64,000 bases of DNA from positions 71,548,001-71,612,000 of the forward strand of contig NC_043006.1 of assembly GCF_006345805.1 (NCBI RefSeq). The letters are read 5' to 3'. Shown here piece by piece: positions 13,383-27,078 of the stretch. The stretch's first letter is position 1. Each line of letters opens with the position of its first letter. The position numbers and the translations under genes are program-made. The notes under the pieces are model-generated. The model had not been told where the DNA came from. It did no database searches and saw nothing but the letters and a program-made list of their open reading frames with translations. Origin of the DNA: Octopus sinensis (Eukaryota).

Positions 13383-14629
13383 TCCAAAGGAATTAATTTC
13401 TGCAAAAATAACCTTTCCTAATCTAAAGGCTTGCAAATGATAATTTTCGATTTAAAGAAATTTGGCAAGAGTTGCAATTTTGGTTGGCAGAATAGTAGAT
13501 GGTGCTGAACAATGGTAATCAATAAGGTGCAAGAACAGCAAACAGCAAGAAATATAGCTGAGAGTTGGAGGAGGAAGAGGAGGAGGAGGCAAAGGAGGTA
13601 AGGTAGAAGAGAGTTTGAATCAGAGACAAAGTTTGTCCATTAGAGAGACAAAAAGTAAATGTGTGAGCGACTTTTGAAAATGTATGTGTGTGTGTGTGTA
13701 CCTTTACATGTGTATGTATGTGTGCATATATGTGTGTAGGAAACTTGAGACAGGAAAATATTGTGAGATGTGTAAGTGATATGAGAGAGAAGAGATAAGA
13801 GATATGAGAGAGAGAACGAGAAAGAGAGATGAGAGAGTGTGTGTGTGTGTATGTGTCTGTGTCAGATGTATGATAGGAAGAGCATAAGAGATATGAAAAA
13901 GTAAGATTGTGAAGGAGTATGTGAGATTAGAAGAAACAGTAAGAGGTAGTACGTGGATGTATGCCCGTCTGTATTTTTTGTAAAGGTTAGACTTTTTACT
14001 GCCCAATACACTCACACTGAGAGATAAAAAGGTATTTTGGACAATATGTGCTAAACTAACGTGTATGTATATACGGGTGTGTGAGAGAGAGAGAGTGGAG
14101 AGTGTGATAGACTGACAGAATGAAGATAAGATAAAGGTGCATGTATGCATGCATGCATGTGAGTCTGTGTATGGAAGCATGCACGTATGTACTGTGAGTG
14201 TGTGTACATGTGGAAATAGAGATGAGAGAAGAAAGTCATTTAAAAGTGCATTTAACTGCAAATAGAATGGAATAATACCATAGTGTACACAATAATACAA
14301 CTTGGAGAAACACCATAGATTAAAGAGAGGTTGGGGGGAGAGAGGTGAGAAAGAAAGATAGATGGAGAGAAAGGTGGTGGTGGTGTGAGGAGAGTGGAAA
14401 GAAATTGATAAAACAAGATTTATTGAAGTAGTTAGATGAAATTAGCTTTCTACAGCAGCAGCAACAGCAGCAGCAGCAGTAGTAGTAGTAGGAACATTAA
14501 CAACAACAACATACATACAACCAAGTCTGTCACGTGAGTGATGCAAGATAGTGAAAAATATATATATATAAAAATTGTAGCGAATAACAGCAATAAAGGG
14601 TGAATGAGTGTGAGAGAGGGGGAGTGAGA

Positions 14630-15190
14630 GAGAACATGTGAGTGAGTGAGCATGAGTGAGAAAGAGAGAGTGAGTGAGAAAGAGAGAGTAAGTGAGAAAG
14701 AGAGAGTAAGTGAGAAAGAGAAAGCGAGTGAGAAAGAGAGAATGAGTGAGTGAGAAAGAGAGAATGAGTGAGTGAGAAAGAGAATGAGTGAGTGAGAAAG
14801 AGAATGAGTGAGTGAGAAAGAGAATGAGTGAGTGAGAAAGAGAGAATGAGTGAGTGAGAAAGAGAGAATGAGTGAGTGAGAAAGAGAGAATGAGTGAGTG
14901 AAAAAGAGAGAATGAGTGAGTGAAAAAGAGAGAATGAGTGAGTGAGAAAGAGAGAATGAGTGAGAAAGAGAGAATGAATGAGAAAGAGAGAGTGAGTAAG
15001 AGAGAGTGAGTGAGTAAGAGAGAGTGAGTGAGTGAGAAACAAAGAGAGTGAGAAAGAGTGAGTGAATAAGAGAGTGAGTGAGAGAAAAAGATAGTGAGAA
15101 AAGAGAGTTAGTGAAAGTGAAAGAGAGAGTGAGAGAAAGAGAGAGAGAGAGTGAGTGAGTGAGCGATTGAGTGAGAGAGAAAGAGGAAGG
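14630..15190. repeat. Purine-rich minisatellite, ~20-22 bp unit (gagtgagtgagaaagagagaat)
   Basis: More than 20 tandem variants, almost entirely G/A on the plus strand. Confidence 0.9.
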
Positions 15191-16685
15191 ATAGTCATTG
15201 ATTTGTGTATATTATTAAATAAAGGAAGACTAAAGTAACGCTAACAGGAAGTGATGGAATCAGACAAAATATATTCATGTATTCCAAGACTCAGCTATAA
15301 TTACAGCCTCACTGGTCAACAGAACAGACTCAGACACAGTCAATGAGGGATACTACGAAGCCAATAACTCATATTAGAAATAACAGCCAAATCTTTCTTA
15401 AAACACACTAACAACAAAAGGTCACAGAGAACATAATCCGAGATATATTGTATCGGAATAAAAAGCAAGATCAGCATTATAGGCTTGCAGAAATAGAACT
15501 GACCTAGCACTAAACATTAACTATAGCTACTAATACTGGTTTCAAATTTTGGCACAAGCCCAGCAATTTCACAGGGAAGGGTAAGTCAATTACATCAACT
15601 CCAAAACAACTGGTATTTATTTCATCGATCCCAAAAGGATGAAAGGCAAAGTTGACCCCAGCTGATTAAACTCAGAACATAAAGATGGATGAAATGCCAC
15701 TAAGCATATTGTATTACCCAGCAGCTTCTTTCAATTGGGGTAGCAAGACACAGCAAGACACCTGTTTCTATTTTTCTATGTTACTCTCACCAATCATCAC
15801 CTGGTACAAAACCAACACTTTCAATACTAGTCCTCCTTCAGCTGAGGGGGTCATATCTTGCAAGTTACTTGGTTACCTTGCAGGTGCTGTTTCCATGTAA
15901 AAAGCACACAGGATACTGCATAAAGTGGTTGGCATTGGGGAGTGGGGGCATTCAGCCATAGAAACCATGCGAAAGCAGACAGTGTAGAATTAGTCAAAGT
16001 TTTCTGGTTTGCCAGCTCCTGTCAAACCATCTAATTCATATCAGCATAGAAAATGGATGTTAAATGATGATGACTATTATTAATGGCATTAAATCCTGCA
16101 AGAACCAACATAACTCCAGAATCAATGAGAAAATAGTACTAGTCATGTGCTGGGGGTTGAGCAAAAGTTAAGTATTTATGTTGCCCTTACAAATTTCCAA
16201 CCAACCCAGTGATAATTTAAAACTAGACTAAATCCTAATCTAGGTACAAGCACTATAGTAGCAAGTGGGAGGGTAGCAGCAGTCCGCCCTGAGTGGCACT
16301 TTTAATGGAGCACCACTTTGGGGTCTGCTGTATGCAATATGTTTTTTGCGGGGACCAAATGGAAGGGCTTCTCCAGGTGGAACACACTCTAGCTATGCCG
16401 TATTTTGGTGGAAGATATTAGTACTGATCCCAGAATGCGATTGGTACTTGTTTTATCAAAAGAATGAAAGGCACAGTTGACCCAGGTAGAAAAATAATAC
16501 CTCTTATGTGTCCATAGCTTACACTAGGTACATCTTATAAAGTTTCTACCTACACCTTTTCTATAGATTGAGCAGGGCCATCTACCTGAAGGGATTTGTG
16601 GTTTGTCCACCTTCCTACTTATTAGGACTTTGGTTTTAGCTAGGTTGACTCAAAGGCCCTTCGATTCTAATCCTTGTGTCCACAC

Positions 16686-17520
16686 CTAAACCTTCTCTAG
16701 TTCTGATAGTGACTCGGCAATTAGAGCAAGGTCATCAGCATAGAGGAGCACCCAGGGGCATCCTGTCTTGAATTCCTCTGTTATTGCCTGAAGGACTATG
16801 ATAAATATGAGGGGGCTTAGGACTGAACCTTGGTAGACCCCTACCCGGAATTCTTCACTGTACTCATCGCCAACCCTTACCTTACTGACAGCTTCCCTGT
16901 ACATGGCTTGCACAGCTTGCACTAACCATTCATTTATTCCTAGTTTCCTCATTGACCACCAGATAAAGAATCAGGGGACCCTATCAAAGGCTTTCTCCAT
17001 GTCAATGAAAGCCAGGTACAGAGGTTTATCTTTGGCTAGGCATTTCTCCAGCAGCTGTCTTACCAGAAATATAGCATCAGTGGTGCTTTTCCTCAGCATG
17101 AACCCAACTGCATCTCATCTAAACTGACCCTCTCCCTAATTAATTGGGCTATGACCCTCTCCGTGACCTTCATTACTTGGGCCAACAACTTGATACCTTT
17201 GTAATTATTTGTATCTAAAGCATCACCTTTAGCTTTGTAGCAGTTGACTATGGTGCTGCTACACCAGTCATTGGGTATGACTCCTTTGTGTATCACCTGG
17301 TTAACTATACGGGTGACTAGACCATAACCAACACTGCCATATATTTTGAGCATCTCTGCAGTGATTCCTGATGGGCTGGGGACTTTCCCTGTCTTAATTC
17401 CTTTATCTACCAAGGTACTGTCAATTCGGATAACTGGTCCCTCTGTTGATTCGACATTCAGCAGACTCTCTCCCATTCATTTTCTTTATTCAGCAACCTT
17501 TCATGGTGACATTTCCATTA
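16686..17520 (-). mobile_element. RTE-clade LINE reverse transcriptase fragment (frameshifted)
   Basis: Motifs YKGIKLL, LYLAFIDMEKAFDRVP, QGSVLSPLIF and LLYADDL, spread across frames. Confidence 0.92.
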
Positions 17521-17548
17521 GTTAATGTCATTCACTAAAGATGTAATA

Positions 17549-17590
<42 letters not shown>

Positions 17591-20334
17591 ACCAGCTGTG
17601 GTCATGACCAAGACAGAAGGAAGATGGATGGTCTGATGTAAATGTTAATGGGATTAAAACTATGCCTTTCTGAGTTCAATGCCTAACCGAGGTTCTGACT
17701 GTCATGTCTAAAGTAAAACAAGAAAGAAGCATGCAAAATAGAAACCAGTAATACACTGGTTACTTAAATGGCATTAGTTAAATCAAAAAACAGATGTGTT
17801 AATAGTAAGCTCTATCTTTACATGTTTTTTTTTTTCTTGCATGTAGTTTGTCTGTAACCTTTTCTATATCAAGCAGGTCAGTCAATGATGACTAATAGGA
17901 CCTGTTTTTTGGATGGGCATGCCAAAGCAAGTTATGGGCCTTGCTCAAGGAGTTCATGATGGCAAGAGGGGTATTCAAACTTGTACTGTTCAAGGTCTTT
18001 AATCCAGTATAAACACATTCAATACCACTGGATGGTATTTAAGCAATTTTCAGATTAGTAATAGTAAAAAGCCTTACTTAAAGGTTCAATACAAGGCAAA
18101 ATAATAGTGATTAAAGGGACTGTTTATATGTGGTAATGATGATGATGATTAGCAACTGTGTCATCATAATACATGCTACAGTAGCTCTCTCAATCTTCTT
18201 AAAAAAAACTCACTCTACTGAGTCATTGTTCTCTGGCAATCCTGTCCACTGTAGCCCTTTATTAGAAATTCACTCCAATAAATCCCTACAAAACTGATCC
18301 AATATTAAACCACACAGCTGTCATCACAGATAACACTTAGTGTTTGAGAGAGAGAGAGAAGATTATAGTTTAACTAAGTCAACCAGCTTCAAAGCTCTAT
18401 GACAAAAGGCAGGAGTGACTAGATCTTTTACAATTGTCAATTGTTCTCTTACAGAGTGTATTGGCCAATCAAAGTTAATGAGTTGATTCTGTTTAATAAT
18501 CAAACCAATCCACTGAAACAATTACATAAATTACACAAATAAAGCAAAGACAGTAACTATAATAGAAATTAATCAAATTGTTAATTTTATCTTTTCTGTC
18601 ATTATTGACACCACACTGTAACCAGTGCAATAGTCTCAGACAGTCATCAGGTGTTGCATTTTTTTTTTGTTTTTCGTTTTTACACATCTTTTAATTTGGA
18701 TTAAAATTTACTACAACCCAGATAGGTTCAGCATACCCAGACAGTCATTGTTTAGCCCCAGGTCAGCTCTAATCAAGTAGACCTATGATCAAAGATTTTC
18801 CGGTTGTAACATTGTGTTTTGTACCTCTATGACAATACAGGTCAATGTAGCCACACTTTTTTTTAGAAGGCACGGTGTGATTTGAGGATATTTGCTATTT
18901 TTCACAGGTAAAGCAATTACTTGGAGACTCCTCGTGGCCTGTAGGAACCTAAGATGCTAAAAATTACCTCATTCATTCTGCAAGCAGGGCATCAAATCAT
19001 CAAAAAACCAAAACAATCATTTCTAAGAGAACAGTAGCTCTGAATAAGAACTGACTTGGACCATAATGAACCTTACAGCTGATTCCAGCATAGAAAATGG
19101 ATGTTATTTTTAGGCCAGTGATTTGGCGGAATTGTTAGTGTGGGAAAAACATGCTTTGCAATATTTCTTCCAGTCCATTACAGTCAAATTCCACTGAGGA
19201 TAAAATGAAATAGCAGTCACGTACTGAGGTTGATATAATCAAGTAACCCTTTCCCCCCACCAAAAAAAAAAAAAAAATTGCTGGCCATGTGTAAGGAAAT
19301 AGCAAGGGTGATCAATTAAATTTATACCAATAAACTACTGTGTACATTATTTCATTGATTCTGAATGAAAGAACTGCAAAGTTGGTTTCCACAACATTTG
19401 AACTCAGAACATACACATGACTAAACTCTACAAGACATTTAATCGTATACTTTACAGTTTCTAGCTCTCAACCATCCTGTTTTAATTATATTAGTTAAGC
19501 CAATGAGGAAGCCTCTGTATAGTCATGCAACCAGCTAGAGAAATAGCAGTAGTATCTCCCCCAACTTACATCCTACAGTCTTTATTTAAAGGAGATATTG
19601 GAACATAAGTTTTGAAAAACATGAGGTGGTCAAGGCAACAGCTTTAATCAGAGGTCTGTTAGATGAGGGCAGACTTGGAAATTAATTAACATCAACATCA
19701 TTAAACAGCCACTTTTTCGTGCTTGCATGGATCAGATAGAATTTGTTGAGGAACAGGCTTCTTTTAGTTTCTCTCTACCAAATCCACTTACAAGGCATCA
19801 GTCAGCCCACAGTTATAGTAGAAGACACCTACCCAAGGTGCTATAGAGTGGACTAAACCCAAGATCACATAGGTGGGAAGCAAACTTCTTAACCATACAC
19901 CCATCCTTGTATCTAACAAATATATAAGTAACACACCCAGGATCACAAATGGCTGAATAAAGCCAGTTACTGAACAATCAACCAAGGTTTTGTCAATTTA
20001 TTTTCTATTACAGTATAGTTGTGGCTGAGACACTTATCTCTCAAGGCCTAATTCCACTTTGCTATTAGATTGCTAGTAGATTACTGTTGTTTACACTGTA
20101 GATCAGATAATCTATGGCCAAACATGTGTCACCCATGATTATTCTACCTATCTTTGAAAACCAGCTCTCTATCAATGTACTATACGATGACACAGTTTGC
20201 CAGTGGCAGTAGAGTAGAATTCACAAGTGTCCCATAGGCTTAGCAGTCCCAGGTTCAATTCCTCCAGCAGATGAAGCTGAGATAAAATTTACCATTCTTC
20301 TACTTCATTCTCCGGAAACTTAATGATTATCTCA

Positions 20335-20880
20335 GCATTCAGTCTTTAATCCTTTAGCATTCAGATCCCTCTATCAAATCTAATACTTGTTTTATCTTTT
20401 ATCTTTTACTTGTTTCAGTCATTAGACTGCAGCCATGCTGGGGCACCACCTTCAATTTTAAGCCTGGTACTTACTCTATTGGTCTTTTGTACCAAACAGC
20501 TAAGTTACAGGGATGCAAACACACTGACACCAGTTGTCAAACAGTGGGAGGAGTAACAAACACACACACACACACACACGAGAAGTTTCTTCCAGTTTAC
20601 ATCTACCAAATCCACTCACAAGGCTTTGGTCGACCCAAGGTTATATTAGAAGACACATACCCTAGGTACTATGCAGTGGAACTGAACCTGAAGCTATGTA
20701 GTCGGGAAACAAGCTTCTTACTACATAGCCATGCCTTTTAATTACGCATTATCTCATACCTTTAAGATTTGAATGATGTGATTGTATATTTTTAGAATTA
20801 CATCATAGGCAGGAGTGAGAGTCCAGATCTGGCTGATTTGGACTGGATATGGCTGGTTTAACTACTAAAGAGCTAAAACA
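20335..20880. mobile_element. TTAA-type MITE interrupted by a SINE (SINE ~20395-20735)
   Basis: Left end ttaatcctttagcatt and right end actaaagagctaa are degenerate inverted termini; a reverse CORE-type SINE sits between them. Confidence 0.5.
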
Positions 20881-21493
20881 GACATGCTGTCCTAAAATTT
20901 AACAAGTATGCTAACTTTGCAATTTGCAAGATGGTAAAGATCTGCTTTGAGGGAGTTTTAGCCGCAGGACTGAATCATCATTGAATTTCTGAATAACCAT
21001 TTGGTATTGAAATGGTAAAGTTCACCATTCTCAAGATCTAATCAGACTAACACAAACAGATTCTTTAATTATAGTTAATTATTCAGAGCACATAAAATAA
21101 TTTCCATTTGTATAATTGGCTGGAATGAAGAGTGTGTGTGAATATGTGCATGTATGAACACATGTATATGCATGTGTGTGTACATTTATATCAATGTTCT
21201 CGCATGCTACCAAAGGCAAAAAGTATTGTCCTAATACCAGACATGGTAAATGCATAATGTATACATCTCAAAGGTCTGTTTTTGTCAGTGCTATGTACAC
21301 ACTAGTTTCCACCCTGCATGTGGTCTCTAGATACACATTCTTTTATTTGTTTCAGTCATTTGACTGCAGCCATCGCCAGGACTTATTCTTTGTAAGCCTA
21401 GTACTTATTCTATTGATCTCTTTTGCCGACCCACTAATGTTACAGGGACGTAAACACACCAGCATCGGTTGTCAAGCAATGCTGGGTGGACAA

Positions 21494-21548
<55 letters not shown>

Positions 21549-22264
21549 AGATATATATATATATATATATATGATAGATATATATATATACATATATACA
21601 ACAGGCTTCTTTCAGTTTCTATCTACTAAATCCACTCACAAGGATTTGGTCGGCTTGAGGCTTGCCCAAGGTGTCATGCAATAGGACTGTACCTGCAACC
21701 ATGTGATTGGTAAGCAAGCTACTTACCACACAGCCACTATCATTTTAACTTCTACTTTTCCATGCTTGCAAGGGTTGGATGAAATTTGTCGAGGGTATTT
21801 TCTACAGCTGGATGCCCTTCCTATTGTCAACCCTCACTTGTTTCCAAGTTAGGGGATATTCCTCATAACCAGGTATTGTTTTTCACAGAAGATCAGAAAT
21901 GAAGGGAACCACTTGGATGAAAGTGGCATTTGTTTACAACTATCACATGCAGTCAAAGCAACGAGACTAACACACACATGCACACATATATTTATGTATA
22001 TGTGTGTATACACACACACATACATTTATGTATATGTGTGTATACACACACACATACACATAACAGGTTTCTTTCAGTTTCCATTCACAAGCCTTTGGTC
22101 AGCACAGGGATGTAATAGATGACACTTGCCCAATGTTCCACACAGTGGGACTGAATTCAAGATGATGTGGTTGAGACACACACTTATCACACCTATATGT
22201 ATATATATATATAAATGTATGTATATATATATGTATATATATATATATATAGAATATATGGGCC

Positions 22265-23346
22265 GTGACTGCTGAGGACATGCGTAAGCTCGCGAGAAAT
22301 GAAGCTAGTATGCTCCGTTGGATGTGTAATGTCAGTGTTCATAGTCGACAGAGTGTAAGTACCTTGAGAGAAAAGTTGGACCTAAGAGGAATCAGATGTT
22401 GTGTGCAAGAGAGACGATTGCGCTGGTATGGTCATGTGGTGAGAATGGATGAAGATAGGTGTGTGAAAAAGTGCCACACCCTGGCAGTTGAGGGGACCTG
22501 TGGAAGAGGTAGACCCAGGAAAACCTGGGTCGAGGTGGTGAAGCACGACCATCGAACTCTAGGTCTCACCAAGGAAATGACCAGAGACCGAGACCTATGG
22601 AAGTATGCTGTGCGTGAGAAGACCCGGCAAGACCAGTGAGAACAATCAAAATCAAATCATATATCAGAAAGCAGGGGTTAAGTGACCCATCTGTTCGTGT
22701 CCGCTGTCAGCCTCGTCTGGCACCCGTGCCGGTGATACGTAAAAGCACCATTCGCTCATGGCCGTTTGCCAGCTCTGCCTGGCCCCGTGTCGGTGGCACG
22801 TAAAAGCACCATCCGTTCGTGTTCGTTGCCAGCCTCGCCTGGCCCCGTGTTGGTGGCACGTAAAAGCACCATCCGTCCGTGTCCGTTGCCAGCCTCGGCT
22901 GGCCCCCGTGCCGGTGACACGTAAAAGCACCGTCCGCTCGTGGCCGTTTGCCAGCTCTGTCTGGCAACCGTGTCGGTGGCACGTAAAAGCACCATCCGTT
23001 CGCGTCCGTTGCCAGCCTCGGCTGGCCCCCGTGCCGGTGACACGTAAAAGCACCATCCGTTCGTGTCCGTTGCCAGCATCGCCTGGCCCCGTGCCGGTGA
23101 CACGTAAAAGCACCATCCGTTTGTGGCCGTTCGCCAGCTCTGTCTGGCACCTGTGCAGGTGGCACGTAAAAAACACCCACTACACTCGCGGAGTGGTTGG
23201 CGTTAGGAAGGGCATCCAGCCGTAGAAACACTGCCAGATCTGACTGGGCCTGACGAAGCCTTCCAGCTTCACAGACCCCAGTTGACCCGTCCAACCCATG
23301 CTAGCATGGAAAACGGACGCTAAACGATGATGATGATGATGATGAT
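22265..23346 (+). mobile_element. 5'-truncated RTE LINE: ORF end, minisatellite-bearing 3' UTR and (GAT)n tail
   Basis: ORF contains RLRWYGHVVRM and RGRPRKTW ending at 22639; the 3' UTR ends in gatgatgat. CpGs are retained, so it is relatively young. Confidence 0.92.
22690..23178 (+). repeat. 60-62 bp tandem array, 8 cores, with A/B higher-order structure
   Basis: Core cgtaaaagcacc at 22738, 22799, 22859, 22920, 22982, 23043, 23103 and 23165 (last is a variant). Confidence 0.95.
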
Positions 23347-23495
23347 GAAAGATAAAAATCACGATTTTTATGCTATAAAAATTTTAAGGTAATTTATACA
23401 TTAAATTAATAATAATATACATATGTATATAATTATAGTAAGGGAGCAAGGGCAAAAACAACCTAAATCCAACATGCTTTATTTATATATGTATG

Positions 23496-23547
<52 letters not shown>

Positions 23548-25658
23548 CACATCCCCCTCGTTATATCCTTTTCCCAATGCTGCTGTTGATAGGATGGGAA
23601 TCACCATCCCACTGTAGTTCATATCTCACAAACACACCAACAGGGAAAAATAAAAACTTCGTGGCTGTGACTATCGTACTGTGTGGACTTGCTTTTATTC
23701 TTTTACATGTTTTAGTCATTTGACTATGACCATGCTGGAGCATTGCCTCGAAAGGTTTTTAGTTGAATAAATCAACGCCAGGACATGTTTTTTTTTCCAA
23801 GCCTAGTACTTATTTTATCAGTCTCTTTTGCCAAACTGCTAGGTTACAGGGGACATAAACACACCAACACCAGTTGTCAAGCAGTGATGGGCAGACAAAC
23901 ACAGACACAAAGACATACACAAAGACATATATATACATACATACACGCACACACACATACATACACAACAGGCTTCTTTCAGTTTCCATCTACCAAATCC
24001 ACTCACAAAGCTTTGGTCAGCCCGAGGTTATAGTAGCAGACACTTGCCGAAGGTGCCACGCAGTGGGACTGAGCCCGGAACCATGTGGTTGGGAAACAAG
24101 CTTCCTACCACTCAGCCATGCCTGTGTATATTTTTAACATGCAACCAGACTCCCCTCTCATCCTGTATCAGCTCTTATTCAGAATTACTGTTCTTTTGAA
24201 CAGGTAATCTGTGATGAGGCTGGCGGGGTTCACGTTACATTTGATACATATATTTTATTAATGGTACCACTGCGTTACTAAGAACTAGGTTCTTGGAGTC
24301 ATTTGTGAGACATCACAAGTACTGAATTATATTAATTACAAAATATTGTTGATATATAGCAAGGCTACCCAAAATCATTGAAAATAGAAATGTGAAAGTG
24401 TCATTCATGACTTTACTCCAGAACTAACAGCAATGAAATATTCAAAGCTGAAGATGAACCTTAAATTTCCATGTATGTATGTGAGTGTGTGCATGTATAC
24501 ATATGAAACAATGAATATATGTTTGTGTCCTGCTGCGTGCGTGTGTGTGTGTGTGTGTATATTTCCATACAATATTTACATATGGTCTGTGCATGAACTA
24601 ATGTGTTAATCTATCTGCTGGTGTATGTTTGCACATTAACCAATGTGTACATATGTTTGTGTATATGTGTGTGTATGCATTAATGAGTGTCTGTTGTGGT
24701 ATAAAAACAGCTGTAGCAGGGAACTGCTTGCTGCTACTATACAGTATCAACATGTAAAAGCCCAACATAGACAAAACAGCTGACTGCAGAGCCCCCTAAG
24801 TAACGCAACACCTACCAACCTACCAACCAACCAGCCAGCTGTCAGCTAACCAATCAGGGTGCTGCATAAATGATGGATATAACAATATGGATGGTGATCC
24901 TTTAAACATCAAGGCAGGCAGATTCAAATAGGGAACAGAATTGGTTTTGCACTAAAATAATTGATGACTCAGGACAATTGCCATTGTCACTATTTGCAGT
25001 TATTATATATCATTTGTTGTGGACAGACATGCTGAATCGAGACATATTGAATAAAGAACTAGTAAAGACTATAAAATGTGGAGGAGGGGGAAGAGAGTGA
25101 GAGTGTGTATGCACAAGTGTGTGTGAATGTATGAGTGCATGCGTGTCTGTATGTGCGAGTGCATGTGTGACTGTGCATGAAAGTGCAAGTGTGTGAAAGT
25201 GTATGCGCTTCGGAGTGTGTGTGTATATATCTACATACATTATTTAGTATTTTGTATATGTGCAATGATGAACTATGTGTAAAATAGATATGCATGTGTA
25301 CATGCATATGTGTGTATTTGTGCACATATGTCTGCATGTGTGTATATGTGTCTGCATGTGTGCATGTGTGTGTGTTTTTAGTGAAAAATTTAACAAGAAG
25401 CTCAGAGTTGAATGGAAACCACATCTCAAAATAAAAGAATAAATCCTACAATCGGATTTATTCATTAGAAATTGTAGGGTTTACTAATTTATTTCAAGAT
25501 GAAGTTTCTTTTCATCACTCCTCTAAGCTTCTAGTTCTTATCTTTCACATCACACATATGTATCTTACATAGCACTTATTGTACATATATACACCTGTAT
25601 TTGTCTACATATGTAGAAATACTATGTGTGTGTATGTATATATAGATATATATATACC

Positions 25659-26036
25659 GTGGCACTCCATCGGTTACGACGATGAGGGTACCAGTTGATC
25701 CGATCAACAGAACATCCTGCTCGTGAAATTAACATGTCAGTGGCTGAGCACTCCACAGGTATGTGTACCCTTAATGTAGTTCTTGGGGAGATTCAACTTG
25801 ACAGTGTGACAAGGCTGACCCTTTGAAATACAAGTACAACAGAAACAGGAAGAAAGAGTGAGAGAAAGTTGTGGTGAAAGAGTACAGCAGGGTTCACCAC
25901 CACCCCCTGCTGGAGCCTCGTTTAGCTTTAGGTGTTTTCACTCAATAAACACTCACAACGCCCGGTCTGGGAATTGAAACTGCAATTCCACGACTGCGAG
26001 TCCACTACCCTAACCACTGGGCCATTGCACCTCCAC
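25659..26036 (-). mobile_element. tRNA-derived SINE, family 3 (gtggaggtgcaatggcccagtggttag head)
   Basis: Reverse strand shows A-box tggcccagtggttag and B-box-like gtttcaattcc, followed by a non-tRNA body. Related copy at ~46400-46715. Confidence 0.75.
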
Positions 26037-26044
26037 ATTATATT

Positions 26045-26132
<88 letters not shown>

Positions 26133-26133
<1 letters not shown>

Positions 26134-26429
26134 ATTGGAGTCAATAAGAAGGAGGACGGTTGGACATTTATATTTTAGTCACTACAATTGCTTCCATGCA
26201 AAGTAGTTCTCTAGGTGTTCAGGTACTTGATAATGCAACCGCCTCCCTGCATTATGAGATCTAGTTGTGTTTCCTCAGGCGATACGTAAAGATTGTCTCC
26301 GTAAGTTCAAATTCTAGGCCTCAAGAACATTCTCTCTTCAAGTACCTGCGTACCTGGAAACAATTGCATGGAAACAATTGTAGTGATTATAAAATAAATA
26401 TTTAACCGTACTCCTTGTTGACTCCAATT
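26133..26429. mobile_element. ~300-bp MITE with imperfect ~40-bp terminal inverted repeats
   Basis: aattggagtcaataagaaggaggacggttggacatttata pairs with taaatatttaaccgtactccttgttgactccaatt. Confidence 0.7.
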
Positions 26430-27024
26430 TTTTCAAGTATCTATTCTCACATGACGGATGCCCAAATGCAAATCTGGAAGTACATATAATGCTACTACTG
26501 GATAACACAGGGTAAATCTGATGGTGGACGAGCTTTATACCGTACTCTACTACATTTTTAACAGAGTATACTATAACTCAACACACATACACACACACAC
26601 ACACGTGTAGGTGCATGGCCTAGTGGCTAGATTATAGTTTCGATTCCTGGACTGAGCAGTGAATTCTGTTTTTGAGCAAGACACTTCATTTCACATTATT
26701 CCAGTCCGCTCAGCTGTTAATGAATAACCCTGTGATAGGCTGGCTTTCCATTCAGGGGAAATGTTGACCTGCCCAACTTGCCATCAGGGTAGCATCATTC
26801 AAAAACTACAACAATGCGAGGAAGTGCATTGTGACTTGTAGTGTATAACATCTGATAGTCTGGTCAATACATTAATACATACACATACATACCTGAACCA
26901 TGCCAAAAATGGAGCATATGTGCAAGACATGTCATAGGCCCCAAGCCAAAAGAGCAACAACTCCTAATAAGAAAAGACTCAGGCCATGGTAACCCATCCA
27001 ACATGGAAAACAAACAAAATAAAT

Positions 27025-27078
<54 letters not shown>

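Noticed and set aside
13704-15198. 198- and 222-aa ORFs
   Set aside because: Translations of (CA/TC)-type simple repeats with low-complexity S/L/H/T content.
22690-23178. CRISPR array
   Set aside because: The spacers are homologous to one another (two types), the array is in a eukaryotic LINE 3' UTR, and no cas genes are present.
22664-23294. Four overlapping 115-195 aa ORFs
   Set aside because: They are by-products of a GC-rich tandem repeat lacking stops.
24205-24325. C/D box snoRNA (gtgatga ... ctga) or hairpin RNA
   Set aside because: No terminal stem and no rRNA-complementary guide that I could recognise; the boxes are short enough to occur by chance.
25960-26036. tRNA gene
   Set aside because: A/B boxes are present but continue into a SINE body with no acceptor-stem closure; the same applies to all SINE heads in the window.
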